From NCBI GenBank assembly GCA_905178155.1, contig CAJINV010000020.1:372001-436000 (forward strand): 64,000 bases of DNA. The letters are read 5' to 3'. The notes beneath the pieces are model-generated. The model did not search any database. It was not told the origin of the DNA and was given only the letters and a program-made list of their open reading frames with translations. The translations under genes and the position numbers were made by a program. This document shows, piece after piece, positions 26,004 through 37,400 of the stretch (its first letter is position 1; every line of letters begins with the position of its first letter). Origin of the DNA: Amoebophrya sp. A120 (lineage: Eukaryota > Protista > Dinoflagellata).

Positions 26004-26219
26004 TTTGGATGGTGTTATGTCTATGTGCTCGTGTTTGTAGTCAATGCGCGACACCGGAAGGGCCGACGCGTGGTCTTTCCCCCACTGTAACGACTGTCAG
26101 CGCCATTGTGTCTTCTTCTAGCTCATGACGGCCGTGTGCGCTGGTATGTATCCGAGTGCTAGTGATGCAGCATGCGACGTTTGTCAGCGAGACATTGAGA
26201 CACAACAAGACAAAATAGA

Positions 26220-27701
26220 ATGCCCTCGTCCCCCGACACGGCACCGGACTTTTCGTCCCGGGCTCTGCCGCCCGCGGAACCGAGTACCTTGGCTTCCGAC
26301 AGACGGAAAAAATGGTGGCTGGGTGTGGCCTACATCCTGATTGTTGCGGTCATTTGGACGGCGGCGAGTGTTTTGAAGCAGTTTATCTTCCACACCATGG
26401 AGTTTAACCACCCGCTGTTTGTGACCGTGTTCTGCAACGCATGCTATGTCGTGCAATTTTTCTCTGTGTTTGTCGTCACGTGGAGAGGGAAACAGAAAAA
26501 AAGTGGACAAGCGGCCCGCAGTGCGGAAAGACGTGGAGATGACAAGAGCCCTGCTGTTGATCCGGAGAACCCAGACGAGGAAGCTGACTGGCCAACAGCG
26601 CAGTACAACGAGAACGCTCAACATAGTCCGGGAGGAGCGGTATCGTCTTCAGAAATCGGCGTAGCGGTCGATCAGCCAGCAGTACTACCTCATCTAGCAG
26701 GGATCACAGTCGCAGACGACAACACAACAACTGCCACAGACGGAACAAGTACAGCAACAAGCACCTTCGAAAGACCACTGATAGCCAATCAGGGAACGAC
26801 AAATCATAATCACGAAACAAACATATTAACCGAACAGCGGCCGAGAATTTGGGACCGACGGCACGCTTTTCTCGCACTGTTGATCTCCCCGATCTGGTTC
26901 ATCGCGCAGTGGAGCTACGCGCAAGGCCTGAATTTGACCAGTGTCACCTCCTCGACGGTGATATCCACAACGAGTTGCGTGCCGACGTTTTTGCTGTCGC
27001 TCTTGTTTCTGCGAGAAAAACAGACCGGGGCGAAGTGGCTCGGCGTCATTTTCTGCGTTGTGGGAAATGTGATTGTCGCACTGTCATCATCCGGTGCGCC
27101 GGGTGGAGAAGCGAGTACAACAGGAACCACTTCCGGTGAAGCGAACAACAAGCCGACTACCATGTCATCTGATACAACTGCAGCTACCTCTAGTACTTCC
27201 AGCAAAGAGGACGAACTCTTTCTCTTCCTACTTTCATCGTCCCAAACAACTTCCGGTGCTAAAGACGCGACCCTGGTCGGGGACGTTCTGTGCCTCATCA
27301 GCACGGTGTTCTACGCCAGCTACGTGACGATTATCAAAAAGCACGTGACGAAACCCCTCTGGCTGTTCGCGTACCTAGGGCTGTACGTGTTCATTATCGG
27401 GTTCCCCTTGGCTTACGCGTTCGACCCCGAGCCTTTCCACGAATTAAACTGGACGATTGTCGGGCTACTACTTCTGAACGGCATCGGCGACAACGTGTTG
27501 GCGCAGTACTTCTGGGCCTACGCCGTGCTGTACAGTTCGCCGACCGTGGCGACCGTCGGACTGTCTTTCACGATACCGCTTTCCATGCTGTCCGACTTGT
27601 TCTTCAGCAGCGTCGGGGTGAGTATATGGCAAGTGCTGGCGGCGATAAGTGTCACTTTTGGATTCGTGATCTTGTCGATGAACAGTAGCAGCTCTGCGTG
27701 A
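26220..27701 (+). CDS. SLC35F5/THI74-like EamA (DMT) transporter, intronless
   Basis: IWTAASVLKQFIF, WFIAQWSY, LTSVTSSTVISTTS, GDVLCLISTVFYASY, YFWAYAV..SSPTVATVGLSFTIPLSML; about 10 TM segments. Confidence 0.9.
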   Translation: MPSSPDTAPDFSSRALPPAEPSTLASDRRKKWWLGVAYILIVAVIWTAASVLKQFIFHTMEFNHPLFVTVFCNACYVVQFFSVFVVTWRGKQKKSGQAARSAERRGDDKSPAVDPENPDEEADWPTAQYNENAQHSPGGAVSSSEIGVAVDQPAVLPHLAGITVADDNTTTATDGTSTATSTFERPLIANQGTTNHNHETNILTEQRPRIWDRRHAFLALLISPIWFIAQWSYAQGLNLTSVTSSTVISTTSCVPTFLLSLLFLREKQTGAKWLGVIFCVVGNVIVALSSSGAPGGEASTTGTTSGEANNKPTTMSSDTTAATSSTSSKEDELFLFLLSSSQTTSGAKDATLVGDVLCLISTVFYASYVTIIKKHVTKPLWLFAYLGLYVFIIGFPLAYAFDPEPFHELNWTIVGLLLLNGIGDNVLAQYFWAYAVLYSSPTVATVGLSFTIPLSMLSDLFFSSVGVSIWQVLAAISVTFGFVILSMNSSSSA

Positions 27702-28294
27702 TCGGGAATTTTCTTCAAAAAACAAAGCCGTTGGTCGCTTTTCAACCGAAAGAACGAGATTGATAAATGAACCGCTTCATCTCCGAGAGAGCTGCCGACG
27801 TCTTGGCACTTTTTTCGCAAGAATGTTTTTTTGGCCTGTACGACGAACAAACAGCACGAATTATGTACGATGAGTAAAAAGGCCGCGTTCTCAAATTGGA
27901 AATCGCTATCATTTCGCCCTGAGTCTTTGGATGGGTACTGATGAAAAAATCGGTGTATGTTCCTATCGTGTACCAGCAGGTCCCCCACCCCGCACTAGGC
28001 CCAACCCGTTTTCGAAATACCCCCCAAGGAAAATACGTGATTGAGTTGTGCAAAAAGTTCGTCCGCAATCGCCCATACGCATACCATGATTGCTTTTTGC
28101 CGGTTTATGTATCCCATTCGCTACCCCTTGTCTACTTTATCGCTTAATATCACCTCCCCACGCATTTGGGTTAGTACTTATTTCTACACTTAGATGAGAA
28201 GCACCATTATAACAGCCCCTCTCTGGTACTGGTGACCTCGTCATCCTCAATCTCCCAAAAGGAGTACCATTTATCACTTCCCAACCTCTACAGA

Positions 28295-30241
28295 ATGCCG
28301 GTCCAGGATCTCGACCTCCAAGCGGTCGCGGAACCGCACGATTTTTTCGCGCCGCCGGAATCTCGGGAGGACCGCGAGGCGCTGGGCTGTGGCTCCGTTT
28401 TCATGACGGTGCTCCTCTGGGTATCCTTACTCTCAAGCGGAGTGTATTTCTACTCGGATAGCTACAATAGGAGTTACCTCCTGTCCCTCGTCGGACTGAG
28501 CGACCCGCCGCGAGCAAGCAGGCCCTTTGTGGACATAGATGAGTCGTCCCCGTTTATTTCAACACAACTTCATCCCGCCCGAGATCGCTATTACGGAGCA
28601 GACAACTATTTTGACGACACTCAACAGCTCCGCACCACCGGTACAACTAGTTCGTCTACGTTCGGCAACGAATTCCTGCTAGACGCGTCCTCTCGAGAGG
28701 ACACCACGCACCAAACTATCCTGGTTTTTCTCGCGGTGATTTACTTCGCCTATCTCCTCCACGCGTGCTGCTGTGCGACGACAGCGGATTACGTTGCCAA
28801 CGTTTACAGCGAGTCGGAGTTCGAGGCGTATCTAAACGAGGTAAAATCGTCCAAGCCGCGAATAACGTGGAGCATCCGGTGCTACCACTACGAAACGCGG
28901 TACGAAACGACGCACGAGACGGACTCTGAGGGCCGCACCCGCACCAGAACGCAGAGCAAGAGAGTCGAGGTCACGACGCACCGGGCGCAGGAACGGTTTC
29001 CGGTTTCTTTTTCCTTGGATCACACCTTCACCTACACGGAAAAGGTGCGAGCGAGGCTCCGGGCGGTGGCTTTGCGACGGGCAGCGGCCGTGGAAAGGAT
29101 ACGGAATAGTGGGATTCTGGCGAATCCTGCTGGTGATAATGCTAGTGGTGCATCAACATCCTCGCAACCGCTGAGGCAGTTTGTCGACGGGGATGACCCA
29201 GGGCAGGAGAATACTATCACAAGGGGACGACAAGCGGCAGCCGGGGGAAATGATAACCGAGAGGACGAATCTGAGATGGACGTGTGCGTGATCTGTATGG
29301 ACCGCCCCGCGTTGTTTAAGTTTCTCCCCTGCAACCACCAAATTGTCTGCGGCTCGTGTGGGAACGAGTGGATGCAACAGAACGGCACGTGCTGCATCTG
29401 CCGGGAGACGGTGAACGAGTGCGTGGACGCGGCCGTGTTGGAACAAGTGGAGCAGTTTCTGAACAATAGCGCGCGTGGTGCAGGAGGAGCTCCTGGTGCT
29501 GGGGGTTCTTCCTCTAGTAACCCACTGCTATCGCAGTTTCAGTCCGGCGGGACAACAACAGGAGCATTTGGAGTCAATTCGACCTCTGCTCGCAGTGCAA
29601 CCACAAGCGTGTCCTTCATCCTGGTCGAATTTCCCTTGGACTTAAAACCGCGAGATTCCACGACCCGAAATCGGATCGAAAGGATGAAAAATGACTTTTA
29701 CCGGCGCAACCGTTGGGACACGCATCAGGAAACGTCCGAGTCGAAAGGGTTAGACTTCAAGTACTAGACGGAAAAATGCCCCCTCCCCATATTAAAACAC
29801 AATTTCTGATGCTGGATTTGAATACACAAATCACATTTGTGTTGCAGTAGAGGACTGCACGCAGATCCTAAGCCTAGGCAAGGGCCTTTTGGTCTAGGCG
29901 TCTAGCATGGTACACGGTTACTCTGTAGGCCTTACAGCATTACAAAGCGCCTGCATAACGCGGCGGACAGCCTGTGTGTGCCTTCTTGCAAGACAGACCC
30001 GATCTGTGGTCATAAATGCGCATCACGTGATGGGCTTTCAATATGGGGAGGAGGGACTTTGCCTTGCAATATCAAGTTCCTGGCCCGGGTGTCGTTTTAC
30101 CCGGGGAGCCGAAAACCACCGTGGTTGAGCAAGTGGCGGTACTACGTCTTCAGCCTTTTTGGTTTCGCTTTGTACTACCGCTATCGATTACTGCATTCTG
30201 GGAGGAAGGAAAATTGGTGGGTCACGAAGAGATTTTCGTGA
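28295..30241 (+). CDS. TMEM151-family membrane protein with an inserted RING finger
   Basis: PRITWSIRCYHY...RVEVTTHRAQERF and FYRRNRWD...DFK-FLARV...PPWL..WRYYVFSLFG (after introner removal); CVICMD...PCNHQIVCGSC...CCICR. Confidence 0.75.
29762..30071. mobile_element. Introner family B, opposite orientation to 6611 and 33275
   Basis: ggaaaaatgccccctccccatatt / aatatggggaggagggactttgcc; TSD TCAAG. Confidence 0.9.
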
Positions 30242-30800
30242 GAAATAAGTATAATAAAACTAAAACGGCTAGTGTTTGTTCATACATCATCTCTCCCACG
30301 TAAGAAATTGAATTTACCTCAGTTGATTCCTAGTTTCTCCAACAGGGTGCAATGAATTTGTTTTTACATGCTCATGATGAAAGTCAAAAACTGTGTGAAA
30401 ATTAAAGACTCTGGCACTTCAGCGCCCAGGCAGAGGTTGCTGCGTTTCTTTTCAAGATTACCATGGCACGAGACCAACCATCCTAGCGATTACTATATCA
30501 AACTTCGCACGAAGTAGGCGAAGCAAGCGGGGCCTTCGCTCATGCTACGTTAGGAATTTGTGTTCGCAAGAAGGTGTATACTAAAATAGTTTCACGTGAC
30601 AAGGAGGGGACGGAGCAGTACTGAGGATGCGCGTGAAATCGAGCGAGGTAGTGGGTAGATAAGAGAACAGCAAGAGTAGTAGGATCACCAAATGCAACTT
30701 TCCAGAATCATTCTCATACGCATCGCGACGACTTACTAGCCAGACGATAGCGCAAAGAGGAGCGCACAAGAATACTACAGGAGGTACGCGAAGGAACACC

Positions 30801-33660
30801 ATGATGACAACTTTGGCTCCGGTTATTTCTTGCGCAGGCTTCCGGCCTAGAGCAGTACGTTTCTTGCTGTGTACTTTCCTGTTGCAACTCCTGCCACCGC
30901 ATTATGCAATATCTCTGGGCATGAAGTTGAAGCACAGGTCGTACCAGCCGATTTTGCCGATCTCCGTGCGGACGCGCGATGGACGGCGACCACCAGCAGG
31001 GGCGCCGCCTGTACAACACATCATGGCTAGTAGTGCTATGATAGCCGCACAGGCTAGTAATTTTGGCGCAACATCTACAACCTCGGCGTCAAGTGCCGCG
31101 GGAGTGCTAGGTGCGTTCAATTCAGTAGGGGGACCACCTCCCGCTTCGAACTTGCAGCGCTCTTTGCCTTTTGACCGCCTCGAGCCCCCTCGTTCGGTGC
31201 AGCTGCCATCCAGTCCAGATGCAGCCACTAGTTCGTCGACACGCGGCACTGTCAGCGATGGCCCGGCAGCTCCGTTGAATGCAGGGGCGACGTCGACGTC
31301 GAGTCATCTGACCGGAAACTCTGGCAGCGAGGGGAACAATGATAGTGACACAGATGACCGCGACTCGGATAATTCAGGTTCCATGTCCAGCAGGAGCAGT
31401 TCGGGCATCAGTACCGTTTCAGAATCTGAAGACAGCGAGGACGACGAGGACAGCCTCGGCAACGACCTAACCCCCGAGCAGGTCCGGGCGGATCTCCGCC
31501 CTACCACAACTACCCCGCCAGACGCGCAGCACCGCTGTTTTGTTTGTCTAGAAGACGACAAAGACCGTCCGCTGCTCCGGTTTTGCGGCCGATGCAACGC
31601 GAGGTGCCACAGCGACTGCTGGCAGGAGCACCGAGCGACTAAAGTACACGTGTCCGGGATCTACCGGGACAGTCCCTACGAGGTCGGGTCCGCAGTCAAG
31701 TGCCCGCTGTGCCGCGGGATGCTCCTGGGCGTCGCGCGGGAGAAGGTCGCACTGCTCTTCCCGCACGACTTGTGTACGAATCAGATCGCGGCGACGGCAG
31801 TCCTGAATTGGTACACCCCGCCCCCAAGGAACGGCCGCAGACCGCCGAGCGAACCGTGGGAGGAAATGCTGTTAGCGATCCTGCTCGGCAGCAGCGAACC
31901 GGAGCGGATTTACCCCATGCGGGGGTCGAAGCGGTATAAAGAATTGAGTAACATCCTTTACCGGAGGGAGGCCGCAGAAGATTTGCCCTGGCTCCGGAAA
32001 CTTTTCAAAAAGTACAACTCCGCTGTGCACGAGCCGCGGGATACGAGCAGGACGGCGAGAAGACATCAACATCAGCGAGAGGCGACCGTTTGGAAGGTGC
32101 GGAGGTGCAATGAGCGGATTCTACAGAGGTGGTTCGAGAAAAAGCAACGGGAGAAGGAGGAACGCCAAAATAGGAGCCTTCTGAACTACGCCAGAACCAT
32201 TGCAGTTTCCTCAGTGGACCTGGACGACGATGAGAGAAGCAATGACGACGATGTCGAAGGTGGGAACTACACTGGCAGCAGCAGCAGCATCAAACTCGGC
32301 CGCCCAGCAGCGAACAAGAGATCATGTCTACACCCGGTCGCGAAGTTTTTCTCTACTAGTATGAGAACATCAACCGCGCCGGATCATGGTCAAAATTCCC
32401 GCGCCGGCGAACAGGAGAGCAAGAGCTCTGATCATGTTCGCCACTGTGCTCGGTTTTCTACACTCCTGGCAAGAAATCTGGCGCAAAACTGCTGGACTTT
32501 GACCGACAGTTGTTGCTGCTGCGGCGACTCATCGGCAAGAAATGACCCGAAGCAACTCTTCAACCGCGGACAAGATTTTTTGCACCGGACAATGCCGCAC
32601 GCGGCCGTCCATGTAGGGAACGCAAAAGTACTATCGTGGATTAGTATGCGGTTTGTGCATCATGATATTAACAAGGAAAATGCAAATGATATGAGTTATG
32701 GACTTCGGCATGCATATTCCGATAGCACCAAATCACAGCTGTCATGCATCGTTGCAATCCGTACGACCGCGATAGTACTCTTTGGCACAGGATACCCGGC
32801 CTGCGACCGTAACTGCGAGTGTGCGGGGTTCTGCCTGGTCTTGGGCGTTGCGGGGACTGCGACGGCCGCCAGCTACGCCACGGAGCAAATGGACTGTGTC
32901 TCCTGTTGTTTCTCCGCCACGGGTCTCTCCTGCGCGGGGCTTCTGGCCCCCCGAATCCTGTGCTACGCGTGTTACTGGGGGCACCAGTGCGGCGCGTTCA
33001 CGGGCGAGGACTGTGCGCGGTGCGTGAACGCGTCCTCGTGGAGTTGGTTGCGAACTGCTTACAACACGATTTGCTGCACGAAGAACCCGCAACTACGACT
33101 ACCAACAGTCCGGGAGGAAAGAAAAGCCTTCGAGAAGGAGCAGCGGACGCGGGAGAAGGAGCACGATCTCTCACGGCTGTTGCAGATCGACTACCCGTTG
33201 AGCATGCGGCGGCGGGACTGCCTGCAGCGCCTCGACGGTTGCGAGTTTGCACCCTGTTGCTGCTGTCCCCAGGTTATCGTAAGGAAAAATCCCCCCTCCC
33301 CATATCGAAAACGTATCCGTCTGAAAATTTGTGATGCGCATTTGCGACCTCAAATCCTGTCTGTCTTGCAAGAAGGCAAGTCCAGAAAGCGTTCCGCATT
33401 TTGCAGGCGGTTTGTGATGCTGTTTGGCTTAGTTAGAGCATACACGTTTGTCATGCTAGGCGCCTACGTCAAAACCTCTCGACTGAGGCTTGCCATATGC
33501 CTGCATTTCTCTACTGCAAGACAAATCTGATTTGTGTATGGAAATCCAGCATCAGAGCCTTCCTTCGTTTCGATATGGGGAGGGGGGATTTTTCCTTTTG
33601 ATACAGGTGGGGCTTTGCTGTTTAGACGCGTGGGAGGAAGCGACGAAAGCGGCGGGTTGA
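30801..33660 (+). CDS. RING-CH (RINGv)-type zinc-finger, Cys-rich membrane protein
   Basis: CFVC...FCGRCNARCHSDC...CPLC; hydrophobic N-terminus; Cys-rich TM region; true end CCCPQV-GLCCLDAWEEATKAAG* after introner removal. Confidence 0.65.
32632..32774. mobile_element. Cryptic in-frame introner with 4-bp TSD
   Basis: tatcgtgg... / ...ccgcgata; TSD GTAC; 143+4 = 147 nt with no stop; contains gtcatgc. Confidence 0.65.
33275..33603. mobile_element. Introner family B, 329 bp
   Basis: TIR aaggaaaaatcccccctccccatatcgaaa; TSD CAGGT. Confidence 0.95.
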
Positions 33661-34491
33661 CTGGTGTTGATCAGACCCCGGATCGATGAAGTTTCACTGC
33701 CTTAGTTGTTTGTACACAAGACAATGTGCCATGGATCATGGTGTCGGTAAAAATTTGCTTGTGAATATAGGTTATTTCACTTGAAAGATTGTTCGAAGTC
33801 GTCAGGTAAAATTGCATTTTGCTGCACGGAGGTCGTGACCTTCCGAGTTACGTCGCTATTGATTGTTTGAAAAACGAAAGGAATACAGATAGATTTTGAT
33901 GTTTTTGCGAAACGAATACTTGGATACTTTGTTTTTAGAGCGGTAATGGCTCATCTCTCGTTTTTGTCGTCAGCGAAATGTTTCAACCAAAACTTTAGAT
34001 TTTCTGCTAACTTTCGAAATTATGAATCGAGTTGTCATACTCAGACACATACTCAGGCGTGCTTTTTGCAACGCCGTCACGACGGGAAAAGGCAGTTCGT
34101 GTGGTCCACGCGACGGACGGCCTTCCGTGCCTTTGAGAAATCTCTCATGGCCCTCTTCGACCGTTCAAAGTATCATTTATTTTTCGTTTACTCTGAGCGT
34201 ACTCGTTGTATTGAAGGAAGTTTCACACATTCATACGTGAGCGCACCGTCGAGGACTACGAGCTGTCTGTTTGGTTTTGGCTTCGTTGTTTTCGTCTTCG
34301 TTTTTGCGAGAAAGGTGTGCCACTTTTACTTCCCCAATCGTTCGCGTGTTTGGCGGTTTGTGTGTGAGCAGTAAGTAGGGCAGGCTACGTACCGGATGAA
34401 AGTTTATAGTTATGTTGTAAACTACATGGTCAATAAGGGTCGCCACTAGTTTTCAGTGGGAAAAAGAGAAATCAAAAAGGTCGTGCCCATC

Positions 34492-37400
34492 ATGTCGTCG
34501 TCCCTTTATTGGGAGCGCACCATGTGTGTGTACGACCACATCCAGCCGATTCTGACTTCTGACAACCGCGTCAACTTGGACAAGGCGCTGGACCAGTTTG
34601 CGGCGTCCAACGACCATATGCTGGTAAAGGAAGCAGCATTGGCGTTGGGACATGGCAGTGGGTATTAACGAGTTACAGTTGACCAACGTGTGACGTCAGC
34701 TTGATGTGCACAACTAGGTTCTTTCAGTTTGGAGCAAATGACAATTCTGTATCTGTTATGTGTGAGTGTGGAGGCGAGTTAAATTTGGAACAACGATTGA
34801 ATCACAGGCACAAAACGTACGTGGACATCGACACTTTTCTGGCCTGTCTCCAAAAACGTGTGTCCGCGTACGGCGGACGGTGGGGCGAAGCCGCGACATC
34901 GAAACTGTTCTGTGGTTTGGACGAACAGACGGAACATCAAGCTGCAACGGGCGCCGGGGGGAGCAACAGCAACAGCAACGGTACTTCTGCATCAGGCGCG
35001 ACATCATCAAAGCCAGACACAGGCGTCGGTGTGGTAGAAACTGGAGCTGAAAAAAATCAACGAAATACTACTTTTCCTAATCCCTCGAACAACCAAAACT
35101 CCAACCGGCGGAACATCCAGCCGTACCCACTGGGGTCCAGTCCACGGCGGAGGGGAATAAACCTTCGGAATGTACAAAACGCGCAGCAGACGAGGGTAAC
35201 CACATCAAGCAACGGTCTGTATTCCGCCTCCCCCACGCCTAGGGACGACGAGTTGTTTTACGGACACGCGCGCAGCTCGTGGCAGAACGGGGGCGGGCTG
35301 GAGTTGACCTACAGCTGGAATAAAAACGTGAAGAATAATTACAACAATAGCGGCCAAGATCATTTTGTTCTAGGACATCAAAACCAAAAGCCAACACAGA
35401 CCGGGGCAACGCCGTCGAGCAGCTCCACGGCGGGAACAAGAAGTCGAGGGCATCAGCATGGTAATGTAAACAAGAACTACACGACCCACGGTGCCAACAA
35501 ATCCAATCTGCGGAAAAATCAGGCGATTTTCGCGACCACGACTCCGAGTGACGCGAAGAGGACGCAGGATGTTGAACCTCAGCAGGTGGGTAGAAGCAGG
35601 AGTGGCACGACAGGCACAACTTCTGGTAACAAGAGTAACTTTAACCCGCCGCCTCCGCAATTGAACGGCAGCAAAAAGTCGACGCGGTCTTCTTCCATGG
35701 GGCGGCGGGGGAATTCCAAGCTGTCCACAGATGAGCCGATTGACTACACCACGACGGATTTAGAAGTGTCTTCAGTTCCAGAAGTGGAACAACCAGAAAT
35801 CATGAGGCCGCACACGACCAGCACGACTACAACCTCCAGGCCTCCAAACGCCGGCGTGCCGATCGTTCTGACGAACCCAGGGCCAGCACGTAGTAGTACT
35901 GCTACTGTGTTGACCACGACGACGCCAGGATTACATGGGCCGCAAGGCGGAACAGTTTCTTCATCTACCCAGGAGGGCGTAGTGGGCCACAACAACACGA
36001 CTCTATTCCCAGCCCCTGCCCCATCGAACGAGAAGTACGCTGTATCTGCGCGGGCGAGATACATCTCCGAGTTTTGCGAGGTCATGCTGAACAACAACAG
36101 TATTCCGACCGGCTCCCCCGGCGCGACCTTCAGTCCCTTCCAGCCGTTTCCGGTAGTTCTCGGCGCGGCGAGTGGCGCGCGCCAGGAAGACGATGCGGAG
36201 TACCAAAGCCCCGGTCGTTCTTTGCAGCTGCTGACAAAAGCTCAAAAAAATAAAGCGGGAACTACAGTGTCGAAAAACTCTTCGAAAGCATCGAAAGTTT
36301 CCTCTTTGTCTGGTTCGGGAAGCAGCAAGCTTTCTGCTGATGCTCTGTCTGCGTCGCAGCCGGCGAACTTCACAACTGGCGGGCGGCAACATCGGCAGAA
36401 CACCAGACAAGGCAGGAAAACGGTAGAACACTACCAGACTGCAGTGAACGGCGGTGAGTCAAACGTGAAGAATGATGATTATCCAGGGCGAGGGACGAGC
36501 TCCTTGTCTTCCGCACAGGCAAAAAGCATCCCAGCACAGAGCAAACCTGCAACGATCGCGAGCGGCAGCAATAATACCTCGCGAAACCTGTTTTCGAAGA
36601 ACCGTATCTCAACCGCGTCGAGCAGCGCCCAGCATCCGCAAGGAAACAATCGCACACGCCCGCAGACCGCCGGTGGTCAAGCTGGTCAACACCCGCAGCG
36701 CGGAAGTAGACCGCAACAGCTTCCGCACCCAAATACACTTCATGGCCAGCATCAGTACTACCCTCAGCGGCAGCGCCCTAGAGCCGGCGCACCTACTCGA
36801 CCCGCCTCGCCTCCCGCGGACGAGTTTGCGGAAAGTTTTTTCAGCGATTATCATGAGTTGCGAGAAGTGGCGCTCGAGAGGCGAAAACGGGAACACGAGA
36901 TTGTGTCCTCGAAGTTCTCCCACTTGCACAGCGGTCAACCGCGCCGGAGTCGGAGCACGGAGCAAGGCAGAAGTGGGAAAAGGATGGTGAACCAAAAGGG
37001 CAGGCCCGACTTGTATTATGGGATCTTTCCCTCGCCATCTCCAGAGAGCAAGCGACGGGATCGGGCGAGGTATCTTTGGTTTGCTTTAGCTAGTTGTGAG
37101 TTGCAGGTTGGTATATTCGCGTCCGACGTGTTGGTTCACAATGCAAATGTGCCGTGATGAACCTACTTCGTGCATCTTTTTACGTTCTATCAGGCACAAC
37201 GACGCAGCAGGAGCACCAGGAAGATTCTATCCCCCCGCGCCACCCGGTCAGCAATTCGTGCCGGCGCCGCGGACCACTGGAGGAGCTGTTGATCCGTACC
37301 ACGCAAGAACGCCCGATCAACGTGCTGTGCCACCCGAAATCGCCCACGACCCGCAGCTATCAACTGTAAAAATGTCTGGGTCTGGAAGAGTGCATGTTTG

